The position numbers and the translations under genes were made by a program. From Dipteris shenzhenensis (taxonomy: Eukaryota), in the NCBI GenBank assembly GCA_047967505.1, contig CM106538.1: a DNA stretch of 64,000 nt; one strand, written 5' to 3'. The notes under the pieces are model-generated. The model had not been told where the DNA came from, did not search any database, and was given only the letters and a program-made list of their open reading frames with translations. Shown here piece after piece: positions 26,168 to 37,858 of the stretch; positions within the stretch are counted from its first letter, which is position 1; the number at the start of each line of letters is the position of its first letter.

Positions 26168-28059
26168 CTTCAAGTTGAAGAAGAAGACATTCAATCTCTA
26201 TCCAAATGAAATGAGGGAAGACAACCATGTTGCTCTAAAATAGAGGAGATTTGAAAATGTCAATGTTGAAGGATGTGATAAAAAGAGATGGCTATTGTAT
26301 ATAAGAGCACTCAGCCAAGGGAGCTTATAGGTCATGTGGTTCAATCCATCCCAAAATATCTGCTTCATAATTTCAGGGCCAACTAGTAGGATAAGTAGTT
26401 CAAGACGTGCCTTGCCAATTTTCCCCATGACACTATTGTCTCTGTCATAGATTTTGCTGAAAATTATTCATTTCAAGAACAAGATGAGATACAAAGTGCT
26501 CACTGGTACAACAAGAAGATAACAATTCTTGTGCATATCACGTACGGTCATTTTCTTGATTCTTCTACGCCTGATGTCAATCTGCTTGTTGCTGACTCAT
26601 AGGAGTCCAGGTCAATGCAATGCACATACCATTTCTACAATTTAGATGATAGGGAACATGACACTTATTTGTGAAGCATGCTTTCCTACTATATTGGGAA
26701 TGGATGAAAAAGAAAAATCCCCATGCAAAAAATATAAAACAACATTGGGTGTGGTCAGATGGTGCTATCTCTAAATTTAAATCAACCTGTGGATTGTACT
26801 TCATCTTAAGGTTCAAATCCCTGACCGGTCTAGACATGATCAGGAGTTTCTTTGGGTCTAGCCATGGCAAGAGTAAACATGATGGATGCGTTGTTATTAT
26901 TAAGCAAGCTCTGTTTAAACACCAAGTAACATTCCGGGGGATTCACAGGGGGAAACTTATGATATCACATGAGTGTACAATAGGGGGTTTTTTTGAAATG
27001 AGGCATAAGCTTATACATTAGGGGTGGGGGCCCCTTTTTTTTCCCCAATATTGAATTTAAGCTAGGGGGACCATGTCATATTTAAGAAGGGGGGACATAA
27101 TATAGGTTACCTTGCGTAACTAGTCCAAACAAGTTTGATTTTGTGTATGGTTTTAAATAGTCATAGGGAAAGTAACCTAAATTTGCTTATTGTGTAATCT
27201 AAATGCTTGAGAGAGAATGTAGATTTAAGAAAAGGGGGGGACATAATGGAATTTTTGTGGTATCTTATATGCTTAAATAGGGGTGTTTTATCATCCTACG
27301 TGGATCTTAAATAGGGGGTTTTCTTGAAGTTCATGCACGCAGGTGACGTCCCCCTTTAATGAAGAGTGAATCCCCCAGCAGTAACATGCCCTCAAGAAAA
27401 ACTCAATGATGTCGTGCGATGATGCAGTTACATGGCTTACAGCCAAGCTCTCCACAGGCGCACATTTAGCATATAGTAAACAAAGCCTTAAGAATACTAT
27501 AGTTCGTGATGTGCATAGCATATGGGGCTTTTCAAACAACCAACTGATTAAAATAAGAAAACTTTCTTATTTCTGTAGTGTGTGCATCATAGGGGATCAT
27601 GATGATTGTGAGAACATTACAACTGTGAAGACATGGGAGGGACTTCAAGTTTTTCCTCTAAGATCATATGTACTGACAAAAAATTGAGAGAAAAATGACT
27701 CGCCATAGTTTGGGGAGAGTTTTGATGACCTCACTGACTGTCTAGAAGAGGGGGATAACTTTGCAGTTGGTAGTGCATCTAAGGAGAATGAGGAAGATGA
27801 CCCATAGTTTTTGTTGCAGTGCACAAAACCTAAGCACAAGGTTGAGGAAGCATTTAAGGATAATTGGGGAACAACCTATGAGAAGCGAGATGTCATAGTG
27901 AAGCTTTTTGGTACCAAAAAACATACAAGAGAGGCAGCAATTACGAGCTGCTACATAAGAGTCCACAAACATTTGTTTACTCTCATCTAGTAAGATCTAT
28001 TAAGTTCTAGATGTAACCTGTGTCACAATGAAAGAAGAGTGTCTTCAAATTGGATTTAG
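26168..28059 (+). pseudogene. Sola2-like DDE transposase, 3' part (copy of ~58995-60430)
   Basis: WVWSDGAISKFKS and FFGSSHGKSKHDG motifs; nucleotide-collinear with the copy at 59-60.4 kb. Confidence 0.7.
26933..27379. mobile_element. Non-autonomous TIR element (MITE-like) with 8-bp TSD AGTAACAT
   Basis: Ends GGGGGATTCAC...GTGAATCCCCC; AGTAACAT at 26925-26932 and 27380-27387; absent from the paralogous site near 59745. Confidence 0.85.
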
Positions 28060-28080
28060 TGTAAATCAAATGGAGATTTA

Positions 28081-28935
28081 AGCATCTACAAAAAACACAT
28101 ACGAAAAGCAATGCCAAAAACACATAAAGTAGTGCCCAAAACAAAGATAAAGCATTGGCAAAAACACATATAAAGTAGTGCCAAAACACAAAGTATGAGA
28201 GAGAGGACACAAAGCAAATGCAAATGAGCCACAAAGCACATACAAAGCAGGCAAAGCAATCAGAATGCAGTGGCATATCACAAAGCAAGTACAAAGAAGT
28301 GATAAAGCAATTAAATGTAGAGCCATGCAGTAACAATATAGTCACAAAGCACTGCCAAAACACATGCAAAGCACTCCCAAAGCAGTTACAAAGCACATCT
28401 AGAGAACTTTCAAAGCACATGCAAAGAACAAACAAATTAGACACAAATAGTGCCAAAGCCATTGTGAATGTAGTGCCAAAGCATTGTGCATAAAGTGCCA
28501 AAGCGCATTGACAAAGTAGTGCCAAAGCACTGTGAATGTAGTACCAAACATTGGCAAAGCATTGCCAAAGCGTTGACAAAGATTTAACAAAGAAGTACCA
28601 AAGGACATGCAAAGCACAAGCAAAGCAATCACAAACAAAAATCACTACCAAAGCATTCACAAAGCAATACAAATCACATGCAAAGCACAAGCAAAGAAGT
28701 CACAAACAAAAAGTAGTGCCAAAGCATTGACAAAGAAGTGCCAAAGCAAATGCAAAGAACAAACAAAGCAATCATAAATAGAAAGCAATGCCAAAACATT
28801 AGTGACAAATCACAAACAAAGTAGTGCCAAAGCATTGAGAAAGCAATCACATTCCACACAATAAGGAATCACAGACCACATACAAAGAAGGAACAATGCA
28901 GTGGCATGTCAGACAGCGGGTAGAAAGCAGTGCCT
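28081..28935. repeat. Dispersed A/C-rich repeat built on CAAAGCA/GTGCCAAAGCA motifs
   Basis: Strong strand asymmetry; about 28515-28930 aligns with about 46309-46730. Confidence 0.8.
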
Positions 28936-31759
28936 TCAAGAGGTCTCTCCATCAACTTCTATGAATCTTTGTTGGCGGTTTGTATTTTTATTATTACGAC
29001 TGATTTGAACATGCTGGCACTTATATAAAGTCTTTGCACCATTATATATATATATATATAATCATGGAAACCTGGTCGCGGGGCTCTGGTAGCCATAAGC
29101 ACTACTATTGATGGAAAGCTTGAGTGCACATCAAACCGTTTTCTTGCACTAAGATATGAAATTGTTTTTGGTGAGCAATGATAGAACTGAGATTTTATAG
29201 ACATCCTTGTTGGAGTACCCTACCTAACATGCCCAAGAGCTTAACCATTATTTTGGTGGGGCTTTCCCTAAACTCGTCAATGCTACTTTACACATCATTC
29301 TATCCATGCATGCAAAGATTTTTAGGGAATCAACATGTTAATAATGAAGGCTATATTGGAACATAGGTAAAGGCTATACATGAATCAAGCCATGAATTTA
29401 TTCCATTTTTGTTTCTGCTAGAACGCATCAAAGCAATAAAGGCAAAAATTACAAATAGAGCAGCCATAAGTTTGGCACTAAGCTATTGCAATTACTATAT
29501 TGTTCACATCCATCTAAGACAATTGGGTGACTTTACATCTAGCTTTGCTTGAGGATGATAATTCTATCTCTAGGCATCAAGTCATGTTCTACATTGATGT
29601 CAATAAGAAAGCCGTATGGGTAATTAGAATTACTAGAAGTGGTTACTTCACGCTTTGTGCCAAAAGAGGAGCTTCCCAAGTGTATGTTCAGAGAAGTTGT
29701 ATAACTTAACAAATTGATATTATATTATTAATATAAATCCTCATTTTTGAAAAAAAACAATTACTAGAATTGTTTATTATACTGTCTGGATGATGAAGCT
29801 CTGTGCAGCTAGATGTAACATCACTACAACAATTATAGCTCTAAATTAAGAAACCTTCTTGTGCATGGGTAGGTTTGTACAGAGCCTGATAATTTGGTTG
29901 GATTTTAGTAGAGTTCAGAATATTAGATCAATGTATTTTGAATCATTAGTTAGTAAGGTGTTTTCTCTGTTCATTCTAGATACTTTTCTATTTCTGTGGG
30001 GATAGCTTTAGCATTAATTTTGTAATAGATTTTTTCATCTTCAATCAACACTGCTACTTGCATTGTGTCACTTTCTCAAAATCAATGTGACATATAACAC
30101 ACCATCAATACATATAGCTATGTGTCTCCAAATAATGCTTTCTAGGAACTTTTGTGAGGCATTGGTTTACCCATATACATATTGACTATGCTACAAAACA
30201 GCTATAGAATTCTTTTGTCACAACATCAAGGAGTGATGCCCAACATCTATAATGTAGAATGATGTACCATCTACATATAGAATATGTAGACAATTTGTGT
30301 GACAACATGCATCTACAGTCATGCATGTATTTTTAAAAACTTTATCTATTGTAACATATATGTGCTAAATGGTAATGGAGCTGATTGTCACCGAACGCCT
30401 AGCTACACAAGAGGAGTGCTAGGAGAAACAACTACAAAGGGGTGCGTGGATTGAAGAGTTACTTCCTCTTGAGTAGTGGCATGAGCACCAGCTAATGGAT
30501 TGGTCTAAAAATCATCCATTACGGTGGCTGTGGATATGGAAAAAGACCAGCGTTATAACTATATTTGTGGAAGAGACAGCTGAAGACTACTAAGGCAGGG
30601 TCGAGTGAAGGTGATCTTGCAAAGCGGTTGTGACCAGAGTTGAGTGAATGAAATTATGTGGGACCAAGCAAAGATGGGGTACCTGGTGCAAACTTGCAGT
30701 CCGGTTTGAGTTCGGATGATGATGACTATAAGAGTCCGAAGCGATGGCTTTTGGGTAGCCTCGTAGTTCGAAGAGCACCCGAAACACTGTGTGCTATTGC
30801 ACAAGTAGGCAACAACAACAGACTGATTCTTACTTATTCGGTAAAGATGGATTTGGAAAGAGATGCTTGTTTTCATGTGTTCTTAGTGATTTAGGTGTGA
30901 TCTTCCTAAGTTGCACCTGGTTCTTTACCGAGGCTTTGCCCAAAACGATTGTTACACAAAATACAAAAGCACATTCTGATCTCTATCATATGGGATGGGT
31001 ATCTATTGTGGATTCGCATAGTCCACCATGAGTGCCATGTGTTATTGCATAACTATGTGGGTTAGCAATAGTGACTACGAGGGCTATGCATGGTTAGATT
31101 AGTCGCAACTACCGACGGTTCTCAAAAGGTTTCCAACTGTTGTCTTGTATGCTGCTATTACATCAAAATCCTAAAAGGAACAACAAGTCATAGATGTCAC
31201 AAGAATGAGACTATTACATCACAATGGAGAATATTATGTACTAGTCATAGCCTATAGGTGATAGGGTATTACATGGCTATGCATTGTGAACTTTATTTGT
31301 GCTCTTCCAGTGTATTAGAAGTGAAATTTTTAATGAGATGCCAAAATTTTTACTCAAGAAGTTTACTATACGTAAATTCTTATATGACATACAGTTAAGG
31401 CCTAATTTAAAATTCCCTTATCTATGAAATTTTCATGACTAAAACTGCAACCTTTTTGAATTCCATCTGTGAAAACCCCCTTTAAATGGTACCCTTCTAT
31501 ATGTAAAAAGTGTTCAAAGAAAGGATTTTAAAAATCTCTTATGTTGAACCCACATGCTATGATTACATATTTTTGAGTGACACCCCGATATTTTTTACCG
31601 CCTTTGGTTGTACATGTGACAACTTGTGCCCCCTAAACTAGTACAAAGAGGCCCAAAATGGCTTCAAAATCAAAATTCAAAACAATTTTCTATTGGCTTG
31701 ATGTTGTGGTTTGACTCAAAAAGGAATTAAAGGATCAAGCAGACCAAGAAAACGAGTAT

Positions 31760-34500
31760 GATTATTGTAAAACTTCTGCAAAATCTAATCCGCTTCTTTC
31801 CACCAAGGAGGGCGAGGAGGCAGGGACGGAGTGGGCACACAGCTCCAACCAAAAACACATGGAATGCCTTTGCTGCTTCAAAACTTGTACTTTCTTACCT
31901 AAGCGAGCAACAGCTTCCACAATGTCTTGAGCCAACTCTTCATACTTTGCATGCCAATCTTCTTCAACGGTTGCTAACTCTGCAACCACCCCCTTTCCCT
32001 TGTTTGCATTACCACTCTTATCTATTGAAGCACTACTCAAACCCATTAGACCAGAGACTATCTGCACCTAATGATCCTTTGTGGTACTCACCCCGCACAA
32101 GCACCCGCATCATCATCTGCATCTGGTCAATGTTGGTGCAAAATAAAAACCCAACACGCCAACAAAACCACTACCTATTGCCAGCGTGTAATTTGTCTAT
32201 CCCATTTTGCTCGCACATCTCCTTGTTGCAAAGCCGCAAGGAGCAAATCCATATGCTCCATGTTGACGCTGACTGCCGTGCTAGGGAAAGCTCACAAATA
32301 TTCAGCCAGTGCATTGGTAGTATGGCATCGCAATAGCTTGTCATGAATACCCACAATGTACTCCACATGCAACTGCTTTATAGCCTCTGAGTGAGCTTCA
32401 GCTACCTACACTTGGGCATCTAAAATCACAACCTGCTCCTCCAATTGCTACATCCTCACATTTTGACAAGTTTGCAGTGCTTCATTCTCACTTCACAGCA
32501 AAATAGCTAAAGAACTTCAATCTCTAGTGCATTCAATCGAGAGGGATCTATCCCCGTAGAACACTACATTGCCAAACGTGCTAGGAGCTATGCATCACCG
32601 AATTGGAGCTGCACATTTGTTGGTTATAGCCACAAGGTTAATCTAGTCAATGGTGTTGGAGAGACCACCACCAAAGGCTCAGAAACCGCAATGACCTCCT
32701 CCGCTGTAGTAACTTGCAATGCCTCTATCACTTCTACTGCGATAGTGGAAGTCATTGCCGTGGTTGTTGTTGTGCATTGGTGCTACTCTAGCCATCTTTG
32801 AGTGAGGGAACTGCCACCCATAGGATTCTTCGATGAAGTACCTACCACAGTCGTCACACATGCCACCAAAATGGTCACCCACTTGAAAATCACTGATGGG
32901 GGAAGTCGAGTCACCACACTGAGTTGGATCGACTATACCCCACTCAGCAAACTCATAGGCACCATGGTCAATGTCATAGCTACATGCAAAGGAGTAAGGG
33001 GGTAAATAGAAGGAAGAACTATCATCGGCACTCCTTGCATGCCACTAGGAGCTTGATGCCTCTGCTTCTTATGCTCTTGACTAGATGGGCCCCTGCAAAG
33101 GACCTTCCACCTCCAGGGTGAAAATTAGTGCCATATTCCTTTAGGGAATAGCATAGGAAAGCTGTAAGGAGAACAGAACTTCCAAAATCTGATCGATCTT
33201 TGAATTCATAGCTTGTCTCTTCTCCACTACCATTGCCACCCTCTGTGCCCCTGCATGGATCCTTTCCTTCAAAATTCGTGCCCAAGGCACTAGTCTTTGC
33301 TCTGATACTGTGATCAATGCACGAGTCCTGGGAGTAATCGTATATGTTTTGGCTTGCAGACAGACTAACTTGAGAATCCACCGATAGAGATCACAAACTT
33401 GAACATCCCTGCAAGCGCTCAACTTATACTCACCTGGAGCTAGGTTGCCAAACATCTCCTCAGCCACAAACATGAAGGTTGCACCATTAGCTCCTTGTCC
33501 ATAGGGAAGAACACGCATTGATAGATTAGTTGAGTTATAAGCAACCGATTTTCACCCAAAAACTCTACAACTAATCCGACTGCCAACTGCTGACAAAGTG
33601 CGAAAGCTGCTGAGTGGATGTTCACCTTCATACAATCGATGCTAGTGAATCTCTTTATCCTCAACCTTTGCAACATCATGTTGATCAACTAAGAATCGAT
33701 ATAAACCAGCAGTAAGAAGGGATGAAACTATGTGTGTGCCATCACCATAGCAATAAGAAGAAGCTGTGATCTGAATGCAAAGAGAGCAAGGAAGGCAAAG
33801 GATGCTGAAACAACTGATAGAGTGATGAAGAAGACAAGGAATGCTACAGGCACATCCAAAATTGTGATAAAAGACTGCATTCCCAATCACCAATACCCCT
33901 CCTTGGCAACAGGGCATTGCATGGTGGTTGGGACAAGACCTCATAGAACACACTTGTCATCATGCATCTTACCATACAGCTGCATGTCCTCCTATGATTG
34001 CTCCACCACCTCCACCTCAACCCAAGGAATCTATGTTTCATTAGATACCAGAAATGGACACTGAAGACTCTTGTCATGATGATCAAGGTGCAATCGAATC
34101 CCATTAACTGGATGTGGTATAGTGTGCCCCTACAGATTTGCAAGATAGAATGAAGTAGATCTACAACCATGAAATATCCAAAAAGGTCCGGACCAACGCA
34201 ACTTTAATTTTCCCAGCGTTCACCCTAAATGACTGTTGAACAACAACATCAATTGCTAGCATTCGAACATCCTTTTTTTAAAAGCCAAATCCACCCTCTT
34301 CTTCCACCTTGCTTGAACCTCAAGGGTAAGATAATGGCTTTCCATCCGTATATCATCCAACTGATCTAGCACATCCATACGAAACACCATAGACTCAGTG
34401 GAAGAAGCATGTCCTCCACCGCAATCCACAAGCTTGGAACCACATGCTCGATTGGTGTGATCGCCTCCATCCCAAACTCTAGATTTAAAGGAGTCAGTTC
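31760..34500 (-). pseudogene. Degenerate ORF(s) of unknown function, probably a TE accessory protein
   Basis: Stop-interrupted, protein-like fragments (RWILKLVCL...VPWARILKERIH; a coiled-coil-like EEDWHAKYEELAQDIVEAVARL; a hydrophobic stretch near 33.7-33.9 kb). It lies between two adjoining pieces of the Sola2-like element. Confidence 0.35.
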
Positions 34501-34549
34501 AGTTGCTACCTTGAAGGATGTACGATAGGTGGCACAATGCGGCCAACAA

Positions 34550-35079
34550 CTTTTATAACAGTGCTAACTGATAGTATAGCACTATAGCCATTATCTACTA
34601 TACATAGTTGTGCTAACTGATAGTATATCACTGCTACAACTACTATATGCTATACATAGTAGTCATAAGTGCTAGTATAGCATTGCTATATGGTAACTAC
34701 TATGTTCTCTATTTCCATTTCATCTAGACATCGTCCCTTGAAATTGTCCAATACTCTACCATCTCTATTTCCATTTCAACTAGATCAATATATATCTCCT
34801 CGTCTTCCATTTGGATGCAAATACTCACATCCAACACTATTTACAATTTTGAATTGTTTCTTTTTCCATGCACTTGCTTGCTATATGGCTCATAAGCATG
34901 CAAATAGTCATTCCATTTTATAATACACAGCATCAAACCTAACAGCGTGCCCATTGGCCTATTTGTGTTTTAAAGCATTTTAGGCCACATTACACTTGTT
35001 TGGGATATCCAATTCCGCTGGCATGTATCGTCTGAGTGGGGGGAAACTGGTGACTAAAAATTTAGCTATTCCCATGAAG
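34550..35079 (+). mobile_element. 5' non-coding part of the Sola2-like element (left flank of the Copia insertion)
   Basis: Collinear with about 56485-57000. Confidence 0.8.
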
Positions 35080-35907
35080 TGTTGAGATATCGAGCTCCAC
35101 TCACGATATGCCAAGGTGACCGTTGTGCATTTATGTCACCGACTTGTTAGCTACAGATGCGGTTGGTACACCGCCCACGAATAATAGCTGGATGACAGCC
35201 ATCCTTATCTACACTAGTTCGTGGCTCAGTTAGTATGCCACCTTAGTTAGTTGAGTTTGGTTTGAGACCCACATATAGGGTTCTTCTATTTCTTTGTACT
35301 AGAGTTCTTTTGGCTTTCACAACTAAGAAGAGGAAAATTGTTTTCAGCCTCCACCTTTGTGTGTATTCCCCCATTGTGCTTGTGAGAAAGCTGCAAGTGA
35401 GACTCCTTCCCTCTCTCCCACTATCTTCACATGGTATCAGAGCCTTGTTCATGGTAAGGAGCTCAAGAAAGCAAACCAAGTTCGCAGTGTCCTGGTAAGA
35501 GGACAAGCGTTGCTTTCCTTTTTCGAGTTTGGGAGCAAATCTCTGTAGGTAGCACAGCCGGAAGTGCAAGAGTGCACTGTCTCAGATTGAGACGCCCTTC
35601 GCGGTGTGGCGAGAGGGCATTATATGCTGCGGGCAAGGGCAAAGCCCTTGGTGACTTTAATTTTTTGATTCGAGGTCATTTCGAGGCCCGCCGTTTTGGA
35701 GGCGGAAGTTCTCCGCAAGCACTCAGAAAAGGCCCTGTTTTTGTTGTGCGACCACTGTTCTGCAGGTTGGTGAAAAGTTGCTGCAGAAATTGCATCGTAT
35801 GCCTATGCGCAGAGACATTAGGAGTTGCAGAATCATCCTTATTGCCTGTTGATGCAAAATTGTCACTAGGAAGTGACTGTGTGGTGAAATACCACTTTCG
35901 TCAATTT

Positions 35908-36214
35908 TGCATTTATGTCACCGACTTGTTAGGCTGCAGATGCGGTTGGTACACTACCTGTGAATAATAGCTGGATGACAACTATCCTTATGTACTTTAG
36001 TTCGTGGCTTAGTTAGTATGCACCTTAGTTAGCTGAGTTTGGTTTGAGACCCACATATAGGGTTCTTCTATTTCTTTGTACTAGAGTTCTTTTGGCTTTC
36101 ACAAGTAAGAAGAGGAAAACTGTTTTCAACCTCCACCTTTATGTGTATTCCCCCCATTGTGTATGTGAGAAAGCTGCAAGTGAGACTCCTTCCTTCTCTC
36201 CCACTATCTTCACA
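35908..36214 (+). repeat. Internal, 5'-truncated family A LTR followed by a second PBS
   Basis: TGCATTTATGTCACCGAC...CTTCACA followed by TGGTATCAGAGC. Confidence 0.92.
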
Positions 36215-37858
36215 TGGTATCAGAGCCTCGTTCATGGTAAGGAGCTCAAGAAAGCAAACCAAGTTCGCAGTGTCCTGGTAAGAGGGCCAGTGTTGCTTTC
36301 CTTTTTCGAGGTTGGGAGCAAATCTCTACAGGTAGCACAACTGGAAAGTGCAAGAGTGCATTGCCTTAGATTGAGACACCCTTTGCAGTGTGGTGAGAGG
36401 AGGGCAGTATATGTTGCAGGAGCAAGCAAAGCCCTTGGTGACTTTATTTTTCTGATTCGAGGTCATTTCGGGGCCCGTTTTGGAGGCGGAAGTTCTCCGC
36501 AGGCACTCAGAAAAAGGCCCTGTTTTTGCTATGCGACCACTGTTCTATAGGTCGGTGAAAAGTTGCCGCAGAAATTGCATCGTATGCCTGTGCGCAGAGA
36601 CATTGGGAGTTGCAAAATCATCCTTATTGCCTGTTGATGCAAAATCGTCACTAGGAAGTGACTGTGTGGTGAAATACCACTTTCGTCAGTTTTGCAGATT
36701 TGCCCGTGTGAGGCAAAAGCTATGTTTTTTGCAGTGACAGAATATTTTGTAGTGTTCTGTAATGGCATCTGATTCTCTTTCATAGATTGTCACTGAAAAG
36801 CTTGACAAGAACAACTTCCAGGCATGGAAGTTTAGAATGACGAATTTCTTGATGGGAAAAGGCTTTGGGAGTTCATTACAAGAAATGAAGAAGAACCTGT
36901 TCTTCCTAATGTTCCCAATCAATACGAAATGCAGGCATCAAAGGATGGCATGAGAGAGCCAGGAAAGTTATGTACTGGCTGTCTATCAGTATTTCGGACT
37001 CCATGATTGTGCATATTCAAGACGCAAGTACGCCAAAGGAGGCATGGGATACTTTGGCAAAAATGTACAGCACAAATATGCAAGCCAGGAAAATGCAGCT
37101 CAAAAAGGAGTTGCACAATGTGCAAAGAGAAAATTTGAGCATAAATGACTACCACATGAAGGTGAAGAAAATTGCAGATGCACTTGCTTCCATTGGGTCA
37201 CCAGTGGAAGATGATGATCTAGTTTCTGTGACCTTGAATGGTCTAGGAAAGGATTATGCACAGTTCCGGACATCCATTGCCGTCCGTGAAAAATTTCCTG
37301 ATTTTGAAGAGTTGTTTGCTCGTCTAATTTCTGAAGAGCAGAGAAATGGGGATGCATCTTCTTCAGCAGGAACTTCAAAAGAAGCTGTCTTCTACTCAAA
37401 TGCTGGGTCATGCTGAATGGATGCAGGATGCAAGGAAAATGGAAAAACCAGGATTTGTGGAGACTGGTGATGATATTGCACATCCTATTGTGCATATTGG
37501 CAAAATTCCTCTGTCTATGCAGGATGGGAAAAAGAAATAATTGTCTGATGTATTTCATGTCCCAAACATCACCAAGAACCTGGTTTCTGTTGGTCAAATG
37601 GTTGAGCAGGGCTTGAAGGTCAGATTCAATCCTCATGGACGTTTTGTTGAGGATATGAAAAATAATGGTCGCTTGATAGCAAAAGGAAAGAAGAAAGGCA
37701 GAATGTTTACGCTGGATGTGGACATGCCTGAATTGAGTGCAGCAATGTTTGCACATGGGACCGGTGTAGTTGCAGATATTGATATCTAGCATAAACGCAT
37801 TGGTCATGTTAATGTACAGTGACTTAAATCAATGTAGGCCCAAAATATTGTTGCAGGA

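Noticed and set aside
28007-28859. Hydrophobic Cys/Phe-rich ORFs resembling membrane proteins (also 46391-46678)
   Set aside because: They result from the T/G-rich strand of the CAAAGCA repeat.
29822-29835. CACTACAA as a CACTA terminus
   Set aside because: I found no matching opposite end with a 3-bp TSD.
35243-36783. Recurrent ORFs such as MRPTYRVLLFLC and MHCLRLR
   Set aside because: Incidental frames in the family A LTR and leader; they recur only because the DNA is repeated.
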